Positions 12,305 to 23,052 of a stretch of 64,000 nucleotides of DNA are shown here, piece by piece. Origin of the DNA: Eutreptiella sp. 'Long Island Sound 2002' (lineage: Eukaryota; Protista; Euglenida); the NCBI GenBank assembly GCA_964036045.1, contig OZ038378.1, positions 173,786,001 through 173,850,000 of the forward strand. Reading direction: 5' to 3'. The translations under genes and the position numbers were made by a program. Within the stretch, counting starts at the first letter, position 1. Each line of letters starts with the position of its first letter. The notes beneath the pieces were generated by a model. It did not search any database. It was not told the origin of the DNA and worked only from the letters and a program-made list of their open reading frames with translations.

Positions 12305-13239
12305 AACCTCCGAGTGCCCCTATCGGCCCCCCTCTGGGAGGCTGTTGCCAGCGGCAGCAGTATGGCGGCCTGCGTTAAGCATCAAGCTGCCTGTTGTTAT
12401 CATACTATCTACTGGAAGTCTGGTCCTGCCACTGGGAAGGGGTGTCGTTGGATTCCCCGGGTTGCCGCAGGGTGTCGGCCTCCCAGCAACCACCCCACGC
12501 ACCCGCGACATATTGGGGAATTTGTGTTCGCAGTTTTGATGTTTTGACAGATGGTCACTCCCGGACCCACAAGAAGAGAGTGCCCAAAGCGTTTTCGGGG
12601 AACTGTCACATGCTGATGGGTTCTTGCCAAGTGTTGTTAATTTACCACCCACCGCCGTCAACCACCAGCATTTGTTGGTTGACCAATCAACCGCCGTCAG
12701 TGACCAGCCAACTACTGTAGGTCCAGTGCCGTTGAAAACGACACTTTCCCATCAGAACCTCAGGGGCAATCCAACAGAGGTGGTCTGGCCCTGGCCAGAC
12801 CTGATGGTGAGGGCCCACGCTCATATCCTGCTGGTGGGCCTCAGATAGTCACGTTCGAGGGACATGGGTGAGGATACCATTGGATCCAGTACACCCACGT
12901 CTCTAAGCAGTGTTAGTTGCGAACCGAGAATCATGCAATCGCGACATTGCCTTCAAGAAAATGTTGCAGTGTGCATTTGGCCGCCGCCCATTCTGCGTTG
13001 TTGTTGTTGTTGTCACATGCTATGCTCATCCGTGGGACTTCTGCACTCAGCTAACCCAGTTTGGTAGTGATCTACCCTACGTACATGATGTGCAAGATGG
13101 TTTTGTGTGGGGCACACGAGGTGGGTGGGTGGTGGTGGGGGGGGGGCTGCAGTATGGGACTCGGCACCAAGGGAGCCGCCCCACCACCAACTTAGTTGGA
13201 CCCCTTGGCTTGGCTTTATGTAGCCATATTGATCTTTCC

Positions 13240-13640
13240 CTGCTGTAGAGACCCCTGGACGCTGAACGATGTCCGCTTTGCGCCCAAGTATGCGGATGAG
13301 GTGTACAAGTTGTTGTTGCTTGTGGACCAACTTGGGCAATATCGATGGGTTGGTGGATTGGCTTGTGGCGCCCGTAGTGACACACGAATTCTGAAGGAGT
13401 GTGGGCCACAGCCTAGCCACTTCGAGAAGGGTGAAGTCATGTTGCTAGATGATGGTTTCCCATGGCGATTACATAGGGCTATCCCATACCCGAAGCCAAA
13501 GAAAAAGCAACTTGCACGATGGTGCCCCAAGTACAACGATGGCCACTGATTCCTTTGTGGGCGTGGTGAACACCCATTTACCCAATTGTACGCATGGGCA
13601 ATTTGTCGCGATGTGTCCACAAAGCTTGGGCTCAATTGGG
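13240..13640 (+). pseudogene. Decayed PIF/Harbinger-like (DDE_Tnp_4-type) transposase
   Basis: FAPKYADEVYKLLLLVDQLGQYRWVGGLACGARSDTRIL...MLLDDGFP...IPYPKPKK...YNDGH*FLCGRGEHPFTQLYAW matches the Harbinger nuclease layout (KY..VYK, G..D..I, DxGY/F, PY, YN..H...R..E). In-frame TGA at 13547. Confidence 0.7.
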
Positions 13641-15972
13641 AGTTGTGGATTCAGTTTGTATCTCATGGTGCATGCGGTCGTACACGTGCAGCAGTTCATG
13701 AACAAGAGGAGCGATAGGTATCAACCACATGGTCCTTGGGGTCATTTCCCGATGAACATCTTCCGGACGAAAGCATGTACAATGGATTCCGACTCATCCA
13801 CATGCTCGTCCACCTCCTCGTCAAGTTTATCGTCGCTCACCCCGAGGAATACCTCGTGCAGTAGTGATGCGGTTGAGTCAGAAATCGATTACTCCCCAAA
13901 TGACGAATACAGTGGGAGTGGCCATGGAAGGCACCGAACCGACACATACATGGAATTGGGCACCCCATGTGGTGTAGCTCGAAACGCGAAACGATATGAA
14001 ACGCGAAACGAAATGAAACGCTCGTCGTGCGAGAATGGGCACCCCGTTCGGCGAGGGGGAGTCGTTGCAAGCAACTTCTCCTTGGTTTTCGCTAAGGGAG
14101 TAACGCCCCTCCTCCGCAACCACAATAGAAGGGTGTGATTCCGGACGACACTTTCCACATTGAGCCGGGGCCATAGTCTCTCCATTGTAGAGAGCGATGG
14201 TGTCAACAGATCAATGTGCCACCCCCCCGCCCCCTCTAGCCCAACCCCAACCCCCTCCCACTCAGTGGGTTTTGTATAGGCAGGTGCTCCAAATGGTCAT
14301 GGAATGGTGTTTTTTCCTTCTTGTTGCAACTTTCACTATTTTTGCCGTTTAAGAGGATTATTCGTGCCCTGCGGCGTGCCCCGCGGCACGCAGGTGTAGC
14401 CCTCAATGGGGGCAGGTGGGGGGGCACCCCCTTGGGGGGGGGGGGTTGGTGTTGGTGCTTTGGTGCTTTTAGATATCTCTTGGGGACACAAGAAATGCGC
14501 CAACATGGAGCCTTTTTCAGGGTCCATGTCACTATTGCCTCGTTCATGCCCGCTGAGTGCCCTGTAGGGGGGGGGGTATGTGGGGTATATTCATATAGCC
14601 CTTGAAGAGGGCTATTTCTAATACCCAAGTCTGCATGCTGAACGGACAATATGGTGGAGAATATGTGTATGTGTTTGAGAATATCAGCACCACCCCGGCA
14701 CACGCAGCACAAAAACACGTAGTGAAACAAAAACACACACAAAATCCTCAGCACATGACCCCGGGGGTCGTAAAGTGGGGGGGAGTCCCCCACAATGGTG
14801 GGTGATTGTGAATTGAAGGCAGAATAAAAGTAGAAGTCGTTGTGGACAGAAGGCAGTGGACTAAGGGTTGCTGTGCGCATGTTGTGAAGCACGACCATTC
14901 TCCAATTAGAGAATCAAACGCTAAGCCCTCACATTTGGTTCGAAGTGTGGTTTTGTGTGTCCCTGTCTTTGTTGATTAGTGGGAGCATGTCCATGGGCGT
15001 GCTTGCGCCCCAGCTTGAGAGGCCCGGGCACCTACTGGGTTCAAAAATGGAGTCTCAATAGTGAACACTTCCATTAGACAGCCAACAAGCCACTAACAAT
15101 TTCTGCGCCCGGGTGTCTCACCTGAGCCACCTTCATGACGATAATCACTCCTCCTGCGAAGTGTAAAAGGGTAATTGAGACAAACATGAGGCTAGAAGTT
15201 GACTTGGAATATCAGCTAGTGGAAACCCTGTCCTGCCCCTCTGACCAGGTGAAGGAGGGGAATGCTGGTCCAGTGGAAGCCCACAAATATGGAAAATACC
15301 ATGGCCCAGTGTTGCCTTTCAGGTGCACACGTTGGGTGGCGGCTGTTTTGGTCTTGCGGCTTCCTTGCTTGACCTCCAGAGGGTCTTGCTGTGGAAGACG
15401 AATGCGGGCAGGCTTGGTGGATGCCACATCAAATGGGCACTGTGCACGTTCTGTGCTTGTGCTGTGCACCAGCCGCTATGACCCATTTTGTGCACTGCAA
15501 CACCAGGGCCAAGGAGTGTGAACATTATTGGGATTGTGTTCGTCAGTGGACATTGGAAGTGTAGTGTTAACACTGCGCTTCAGAGGGGCTGGCAATTCTG
15601 ACAATTTTATTTTTGAGGGCATTTGAGGGTATTTGCAACACAGTGCAACACAGTACCCATAATGCCTCTACCAATGTGGAGGAGAAGGGCGGCAACAACA
15701 GTCGCAGTGCGGTGTCGCAAAGCCATTGAGGTTGTTGAATCCAATGTGCAGGCGCATGATGTAGCCACGCATACAATGCTCCGACAAGATCTGGCAATCC
15801 TTGAAATTGGCTGATGGCTCATCAGCAGTTCCTTTGCTGCACAAATTGTGCATTTCGGGCCATGTAGGAGGACTTTCTGGGAAGACACAATTGGCTTCCG
15901 GAAACATGCCATGTTTTTCGCCGTTGCAGCGCTGCTTGCCCCCTCCCTCAGCCGCTTACATTGAAAGCCCGT

Positions 15973-16000
15973 CCATCCCTCTCCTCTCTCCTCGTCGCAG
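15973..16000 (+). promoter_or_regulatory. Polypyrimidine tract plus CAG acceptor before ATG
   Basis: ccatccctctcctctctcctcgtcgCAG ends 8 nt before ATG 16009. Confidence 0.55.
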
Positions 16001-16008
16001 GCGACTCC

Positions 16009-18729
16009 ATGTCGTTCCACATTGATCCCCGGACGCAAACCGCCCTACAGTTGCTGGAGGATGGGTGCATGGAGGCAGCAGGAGCAATGCTGCAGGAGGC
16101 GGCCCAAGGGGGCTGCTGCGAAGCCCTGCTGCAGATCGCCATCATCCTGCAGGCGCAGGGCCTGGCCCCCGTCGCCACACAGTACGTCACGCAGGCTGCC
16201 GAGAAGGACTATCCAAAGGCCCAGCTGCAGCTGGCCTCCTGGCTCCATCACGCCGAACTCCCCAACCTCGAGGAGGCATGCTACTGGTACGAGCAGGTGG
16301 CCCAGAACTTGTACCAAGCGGTTGGCGCGCAGGAGCTTTGTGGTGCAGAGGACTTTGAAGTGTTGGTGCTCGGCTGTTGCGGGGTCGCCAAAGTCGCCAC
16401 AGACCTGGGACGGCCCGGGATGGCCCACGCATACCGCGGGATGATCAGTGACGTCAGCCGCCGCCATCCGGATGTCACCCGCAGTGAAGCCATCGCAGCC
16501 ATCATCGATGCGGCCAGCTCGCAGCTGAAGGAGACGGATGTGATCGCACCTACCCCTGTCGCTGCCCCTGCCCCTGCCCCTGCCCCTGCCCCTGCCCCTG
16601 CCCCTGCCCCCGTCTCTGCCCCAGTCCAGACCCAGGCCCATGTCCCTGACCTTGACTCGGACTCCAACCCGGATCTCTGCTCCAGTGCTGGCCTGAACGT
16701 TGTCTCTGCCTCTAACCCGAATGACAACCAGAACGCTACGCGGGAGACGGTCACCGACTCGTGCAGGGACATCCGCCTTTGCCCTTGCCCGCACCCCACT
16801 GACGACCTCTGTGACCACAGCGCAACCCGAACCCCCTCCCTTTGCCCCCCTAATCCCTCCGCCGTTGCTGCCCCTGAGCCCACCCACTGCGCCCCGGGTC
16901 CGGACGGGAACGCTGACGCTGACGGCGTCCCAACCCCCGGCACCGTTTCTCCTGCCGCTGGTCCCGCGCCGCCGCTGCCGCACCCGCGTCCTGACGCTTC
17001 CTGTGGCCTGCCGCCTTCCTTTGAGGGTGCCTCACAGGGCACGGCTCTGCCGGAGCTCAACTCCGGGATCGACCGCGAGGCCGCCGCAGACCAAACCCCA
17101 ACGCCTTTGCCGGGCCCCGCTCCTGCGACGACCCTTGACTCGACGCTCATGTCGGGTACAGACCGTGAGCCTGGCTCTACCGCCAGCGGTGGCCATTCGG
17201 TCCCGCTTCACTCTGATTCAAAGACCACCGCCGGTGGTGGCGTCGTAGGCGCCTGCGAAGGCGCTGCGGCGCCGCAGACTCTGCAGGCGCTGCAACTCAT
17301 TGAGGAGGGGGACTGCGAGGGGGGCGGGAGGCTCCTCGCGGCCGCGGCTTCCGAGGGCTGTCCGGAGGCGCTGCTGCAGATCGGGCGGCTACTGAAAATG
17401 CAGGGCCTCGCAAAACCGGCGGAGGACCACCTGCGCAAGGCTGCGCGCCTGGATCACGCGCACGCGCAGCTCGAGCTCGCGTGCCTGCTGCACCACGGCA
17501 CTGCGAGTGACGAGGCACGCGCGGAGGCGCACACGTGGTATGCCGCAGCGGCGGAGCGGCTGTGGGGATGCCTCAAGGGCTGTACGCGGCACTGCGACTC
17601 GGAAGCCCGGCAGTCGCGCGCGCGCATGTTTGCGCTTGCGGCGTACGGGGCGGCAACGCTGGCGCCGGCGGAGCGGCGGGGCGCGGAGGAGCTGTACCAG
17701 CGGGTTGTGGAGGTGGCGGATGCGATGCCGGGTTGCCTGGACTCCGGCCTGCTGCAGTCGGCGTGTGTGGGGCTGGCGCAGGCGCTGGCGGCGAGGGCCG
17801 ACGCCCCGGACGGGGCGGATGCTGCGGCGAAACTCGCACTGCACCAGCGCGCCCAGCACTACTTGGGCCGCGCCAAGGCGTGCGGGACGAGCCCCAATGC
17901 CTGCGGCCGTCCGACGCCGGCCGCTGTGGCAGTGGAGGCCGAACCGGTCGCGGCACGCCCGGAGACCTCGGTCACGCCCGGTTCTTCGTCCCAGCCCCAG
18001 CCCCCGTCCACATCGACGGAAGACGCGGGCTCCCCCAGCGGCGTTTGTGTGCATGCCCAGCCCACGCCCCTCGTGCCGCCGCCCTCACCCGCGCTGGCCG
18101 CAGAAGTGGCGTCGCTCCGGGCGCTGGTGCAGCAGCAGGCCAGCGCTCTGGAGGCGCTCGCGGCCCGCGTTCGGCATCTGGAGCAGGGCACGCGCGACCC
18201 GAGCGCGGTCCTTCGGCTCCCCGACGGGTACCTCATCAGCCCCGACCAGCGGACGGTGCTGAAGCCCAAGGCTGCGGCCAACGGCAGCGCCGTGTTCCTC
18301 ACGGCCCTCACCGCCGGCACCGCCTGCCATTGGGACGTCACGCTGCTGCCGCGTGATGCGCTGCTGGGCTGGGGCCTGTCGTGCGGAGTCGTGCCGGGGG
18401 ACCACCCGCTGGAGGCCGAGCCGGGGAAGGGCTCGTGCGGCTTCGCGATAACGCACAATCGAGAGCTGTGCTGCCCCGGCCCACAGCACCGGGCCTCCCT
18501 CCGAACGTCCTTCGAGGCCAATTGGCTGCGCCCCGGCAGCACCGTCCGCCTCGCGTTCAATGGGGCGGACGGCACGCTGACCTGCCGGCGTGTGAAACCG
18601 CCCGAGCGCCAGCCGCCGCTGGTGCTGCAGCGGCTGCCGGTCCGGGACGGTCCGCTTTTCCCCGTGGTGTGGCTGGCGGGCGGGCACAGCGATGTGGCAG
18701 TGCGCGTGACGGAGCCGATCTTGGACTGA
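16009..18729 (+). CDS. Intronless 906-aa protein: two SEL1/TPR-like modules, Pro/Ala linkers, coiled coil, C-terminal SPRY/B30.2-like domain
   Basis: Single GC3-rich ORF. Two 75-aa gapless paralogous helical blocks at 16027-16251 and 17272-17496 (EALLQI...AA..D...AQL.LA..LHH); (PA)n from (CCCCTG)n; heptad LAAEVASLRALVQQQASALEALAARVRHLEQ; beta-rich C-terminus (WDVTL...GLSCGVVP...PGSTVRL.F....TL...LFPVVWL). Confidence 0.85.
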   Translation: MSFHIDPRTQTALQLLEDGCMEAAGAMLQEAAQGGCCEALLQIAIILQAQGLAPVATQYVTQAAEKDYPKAQLQLASWLHHAELPNLEEACYWYEQVAQNLYQAVGAQELCGAEDFEVLVLGCCGVAKVATDLGRPGMAHAYRGMISDVSRRHPDVTRSEAIAAIIDAASSQLKETDVIAPTPVAAPAPAPAPAPAPAPAPVSAPVQTQAHVPDLDSDSNPDLCSSAGLNVVSASNPNDNQNATRETVTDSCRDIRLCPCPHPTDDLCDHSATRTPSLCPPNPSAVAAPEPTHCAPGPDGNADADGVPTPGTVSPAAGPAPPLPHPRPDASCGLPPSFEGASQGTALPELNSGIDREAAADQTPTPLPGPAPATTLDSTLMSGTDREPGSTASGGHSVPLHSDSKTTAGGGVVGACEGAAAPQTLQALQLIEEGDCEGGGRLLAAAASEGCPEALLQIGRLLKMQGLAKPAEDHLRKAARLDHAHAQLELACLLHHGTASDEARAEAHTWYAAAAERLWGCLKGCTRHCDSEARQSRARMFALAAYGAATLAPAERRGAEELYQRVVEVADAMPGCLDSGLLQSACVGLAQALAARADAPDGADAAAKLALHQRAQHYLGRAKACGTSPNACGRPTPAAVAVEAEPVAARPETSVTPGSSSQPQPPSTSTEDAGSPSGVCVHAQPTPLVPPPSPALAAEVASLRALVQQQASALEALAARVRHLEQGTRDPSAVLRLPDGYLISPDQRTVLKPKAAANGSAVFLTALTAGTACHWDVTLLPRDALLGWGLSCGVVPGDHPLEAEPGKGSCGFAITHNRELCCPGPQHRASLRTSFEANWLRPGSTVRLAFNGADGTLTCRRVKPPERQPPLVLQRLPVRDGPLFPVVWLAGGHSDVAVRVTEPILD

Positions 18730-20615
18730 GTCTCAGTTTGGGGGGCAGTCCTTGTGGCAGCGCAACCGGAAATCCCACGGTCTGTCTCTCGGCATCGGCC
18801 CCGCTGGAGAGCCACCAGCTTCTACCAGCACCAGAGCCACCCCAAACTCCCTTCTTATTTCTTGTTATTTCTTGGCCATCAGCCGTCCACAGAAGTGTCG
18901 TAATGGAAGCGCACAAAGTACCGGAGCTGTCAAGCGTTCCATTTTTCCGCCTCGAGGACCAGCCTGGGTCCTCGAGTATCTGCAGACAATTTGAACACAT
19001 GCGGAACCATGCAGCTCCAATGTGGTGCCGCTAATGGCGTGCGTTGTCGTCCAAAGGCGGGCGATGTCCCACGCTGGTCTGGCCCACTCTCGGAAATAGT
19101 GTTTAAAGCACTTCTCTGCGTGCGGGACTGGCCGAAGGAAATGATTAAGTGTATCATTGCGGGCAACGGCCTACCGATGATATGGGCATAACAACAAGAG
19201 ACCCCGGCAACCGCCAAAGCAAACACGGACCGAAAGAAAATGCAACGAACAGTACTGTGGACTTCGCCGTTTTCAGAACAACGTGGGTTGAATAATGGTG
19301 ATTTTGAGGCCACGTGGAGGATCGGCCCAAAGAAGCAGGAGGGAATCCCAGGCCGCCTTTGCATCTTGATCTCTTTCCTGATAACGTCCCATCGCTGTGC
19401 CCGACGTACAGCGAGCAGTCCCTTTGCTGCATCTCTCAGCATCGAACGCCCACAATTTGGAGGTTTTCCAGATTTCAATACCTACGCAATACTGGAAGCA
19501 GCCACAGGTCCATTCGTTTTAACCTTCTGGCCTCAGCCCCGCAACGCCCCCCCCCCCGCCCCCAGCCCATTGCAACGTCCCATCTTGCCTGAGGCACATT
19601 CCTTATCCTCTGCTCCCGAACATCGTACGCTTCAAAACACCGTGCATAGCCCTCCAAGTGCTGAACCATTCGCCCGAAGAGGAAGCTCCAACAGGTGTTT
19701 GCAAACATGAACAATCTTTTGTTGGATCCCTCCCTTTCATTCAAGTGCCCTCTCACCCGAGTACTTGAGCTTTTAGGAAAACACTGAATCAGTTGCCATG
19801 GTGGTTGCCCAACATGGCTTGGTTGTGACTGGCGTATCGTCTTAGGCTTGTCACGGTGTGTTCGACTCCCACTGTAGTCATTTTGGCAGCCGCATTTCTG
19901 CCGGAGACCAATGGCTGCTTTGCCCAACAGAGGCAGGTGTTGAGGAGATCACAAATGAGGCTGCGGAGCTGCAAACCAAACGGTGTTGCTTATAAATGAC
20001 CTGTTGGGCTGATGTGATCGGGCCGTAAGTGGACAAGCTTCTGGTTGGAGCCCATTGCTAAGCCAAAGGGGGTCTCTCGGCTGCCTGCCGAAGGCCATCC
20101 GGCATGAGAATTTGTTTGTGCACCTTCGTCTGCAGCCCCACTTGCTATGCTCAAAGGAATAGAGGCTTGGAGGCTTGGAGGCAAGACCGGATGTGGTGGC
20201 GTGGTGCGTATGCAGTGCGAACAAGAAAGCGCAACGGACCCCAGGCAGCCATTAGTTTGAGGGGTTTTGGCCAGTGCATTCTATGTTCAAGCCTTTTTAA
20301 CTCTATTTGAAGCTACTAGAGCCAATGAGGGCTCCGGATGTAGTGCTGTATGTTTCTCACCATTGAGAATGTTTAAGTGGCCAAGTGAGTCCTCTCCGCT
20401 TTGCAGACCGTACCAGGGGTCATGTAGCTCCGCTCCAGAGACCCTGGTGGGGCTCTTTTCACGCATGAGGAAAATGGGGTTGTTTCCCAGCGAAGTAGTT
20501 TGAAAGGCGGACGCTGTGCAGGTACCCCCTGTGGGTCCAAGCCAGCAGTATCTCTGCCTGTTTGGTGGGAACAGGGTGTGAGCCCCCCCCCCCTGCACGG
20601 TGTGGTCGGGGTCAG

Positions 20616-20616
<1 letters not shown>

Positions 20617-20648
<32 letters not shown>
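20617..20648. repeat. (CA)n microsatellite
   Basis: Direct reading. Confidence 0.95.
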
Positions 20649-20649
<1 letters not shown>

Positions 20650-20756
20650 CCCCGTCATATATATTAGACAACCAGGCAACGTTCGCAGCGCCGCCGGCGC
20701 CGCAAGCATGTGTGACAGCACTGGCACCACATACATGCGCACGGGCTCTCGACCTG

Positions 20757-20963
20757 TGCAGTACACACCAGCGCGCACCGTGCATCACATGCAAGCGTCT
20801 GCGCAAGTCAGGGGACGCGTGCTGTGCCCTCGGACATCACCGGCCAGGATATGTGGACAGGCTGCCCCTGTCCGTCACGTGTCGCCAGCATGGACTGCCG
20901 GCCTGCGCCAGATGCACCAGAATGCAACGAGGGGTCCGAAACTGCTGTGCCAGAGGGCACCAC
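20757..20963 (+). other. Two copies of a Cys/His motif (C-x2-H-x4-C-x2-C-x9-CC-A-x-GHH) in an open frame
   Basis: CSTHQRAPCITCKRLRKSGDACCALGHH (20757-20840) and CRQHGLPACARCTRMQRGVRNCCARGHH (20880-20963) in frame 20562-21248, followed by basic PVRKRL/PAKRLR. Confidence 0.55.
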
Positions 20964-21365
20964 AAAGTACACACGCCGGTGCGCAAGCGGCTAGCCGCGC
21001 CGGACACGCGACCAGCTAAACGGCTGCGCACTGCCCGCAGCCCCGCACGCACACACATGGAACATGCGCGCTCCCCGCACATACCGGCCACACCGCCCGC
21101 CCCAAAACAACGGAGACCCAAGTCACCATGCCCCCCCTCCCCCCCCGCCCCGCGGCCCTGCGAGATGATGGGAGAGGGAGAGCCAGAGCACGTCAGCCGA
21201 CTTCTGTTTGGTGCAGAGCACGGGAGAGCTTCCACGGAAATCACATAAGTATGACGGCGCAGAGGTTCTGACTTTTTGACCGCAGAGACCAGGCAGACCA
21301 ATAAGGTACACACTCAGGTATACACTTCGGCAAGCCAATCTCAGCACGCAGTCATACATGGGTCT

Positions 21366-21499
21366 CCCTCGTTAATAGCACAAGGGGCCGGGGGTGGGAT
21401 AGGGCAGGCTTCAGGCAGGCTCTAACCCGCTAACCCCTAACCCTCCCGTCGCAAGAGCGGCCAGGACATTAAAAGCCATCAACCCTCGTTAATAGCACA
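21366..21499 (-). mobile_element. Second copy of the telomere-like-tailed insert, between 17-bp direct repeats
   Basis: ccctcgttaatagcaca at 21366-21382 and 21483-21499. The enclosed 21418-21482 is the reverse complement of 384-448. Confidence 0.45.
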
Positions 21500-21500
21500 G

Positions 21501-21502
<2 letters not shown>

Positions 21503-21541
<39 letters not shown>

Positions 21542-21543
21542 AC
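21503..21543. repeat. (CA)n microsatellite
   Basis: Direct reading. Confidence 0.95.
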
Positions 21544-21792
21544 ACTCAATCATCTGAACAGTCATTGTTGTACCTGGGAGTGATCTCCCTTGTCTCAGAA
21601 ACTTCATATCACTATCCCCAGGGTACTGTCCTTGCCCTCTCAAGCTCCAGCCCCCCTGTACTCTAGGTTGCTGTCTACGCCGGAATCCCAGCACCCAAGC
21701 GCAGATTTCGAGATTTACCTTTTGCTGTCCTTCCCCCGATCCACCACTCTCATTCGTACCCCCCCCCCCCACCTCAACCAATTGCGTGGAAC

Positions 21793-21928
21793 CCGAAGTT
21801 TTCCATAAAAACTGAGGTTTTGGGAGGGGGGGGGTGCAGTGGCTGAGGCTAAGACTGAGGCAGACCCCCCCCCCCCCTGTACTGTACAGCTGATGTTATT
21901 TTGCTGAGTGTACCTCCTGGGGACTGCT
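21793..21928 (+). repeat. Split direct repeat A1
   Basis: ccgaagttttccataaaactgagg...gtacctc(c)tggggactgct, near-identical to 26525-26661. Confidence 0.92.
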
Positions 21929-21931
21929 TAA

Positions 21932-23052
21932 ATGCCGGAGGGTACCTCAAATGGATCAGCGGAGGCGGCCAGTGGGGAAAGCCGCGGGGCGAAGCGGGCC
22001 AGGCTGGCCTTCAATCGGGACGACATGGACCTGGACCCCGTCAAGACCCCCGAGTACGCGCGCTGGGAGCGGTGGCGCGACGTTGCTGCGGCTACCGCGT
22101 ACGGGTTCCTCGACAGCGCGGACACTGGCATCATGGCCGCCCAGTCCTAGGAGCGCCTGATGGAGGATGGCCTGTCCGTGGCGGGCGTTGATCGGGCTAT
22201 GGAGTGGGCTGGCGGCGGCCTTGACGCCCCCACGGCCCTGATATACATGGCCCTCTTTGAGCGCTCCTCAAACCTGCGGCTTGACGTCGAGGCGGCTGCG
22301 TGGAAGGCAGTACCCCAGCCCAGTCCGCCTGCCCGGGAGCAGCAGGAGGAGCCGCCGCGGGACCATCAGCCGAGCAGGCCGAGATACGACGGCTAGAGGC
22401 TCGCATCCGAGAGCTCCAGCTGCCAAAGGTACCGCCCCTGTCTCAGGGAAAGCTCACCAAAATAGCGTCTGGGCAGCACCCCTGGCTCTGGTAGCAGGAG
22501 CTCATCCAGGCCTTGAACACCTGGCTCAAAACGGAGGACCCCATTGGGAAGGGCAATGCGCTTGTGGAGGCGGTGTGGAAGGTGGTCTACAGGGACTGCC
22601 AGCCCGCGCCCACCCACCCCGCTGGGGCAGCGGCACGGCCAGCGCCGCAGGGATGGTACGCCCAGGCCCAGCAGCCTGCACAGCAACAGGCCCAGACGCA
22701 GCCATCACCTCAGGCGCAGACCCCGGCCCCTGCTCCGCCCGGGGCATGCTTCCGCTGTGGCATGCACGGGCACTGGGCCAGGGACTGTGCCAGTGGTGGG
22801 CAGGGGCGGGCCCCTTCCGTCGCAAGTTCCGTCGCCGGCTCGTACCGGGGGGGGTTCAGTACCGTAGGTAGCCAGAGCCTGTACACTGCGCACAGCACGG
22901 GCCGCACCTATGACGCGACTGGCCCCCCCCCGTACCCATGTTTTCGATGCGGCCGCAACCACTGGGCCGTGGGCGGCCCGTGCCCGGCACCGCCTGCCCC
23001 GCCCCCCCAGCCCTTTCCGGCCGGGCCGGCCCCAGCGCCGGCCAACTGCTGA
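21932..23052 (+). pseudogene. gag: gag-like ORF with two zinc knuckles (disrupted)
   Basis: CFRCGMHGHWARDC (CX2CX4HX4C) at 22747-22788 and CFRCGRNHWAVGGPC at 22939-22983. In-frame TAG at 22148 and 22492; a frame change around 22300-22390. Confidence 0.75.

Noticed and set aside
16022-18815. Many overlapping ORFs on both strands of the SEL1/SPRY gene
   Set aside because: Stop-poor shadows of a high-GC3 gene.
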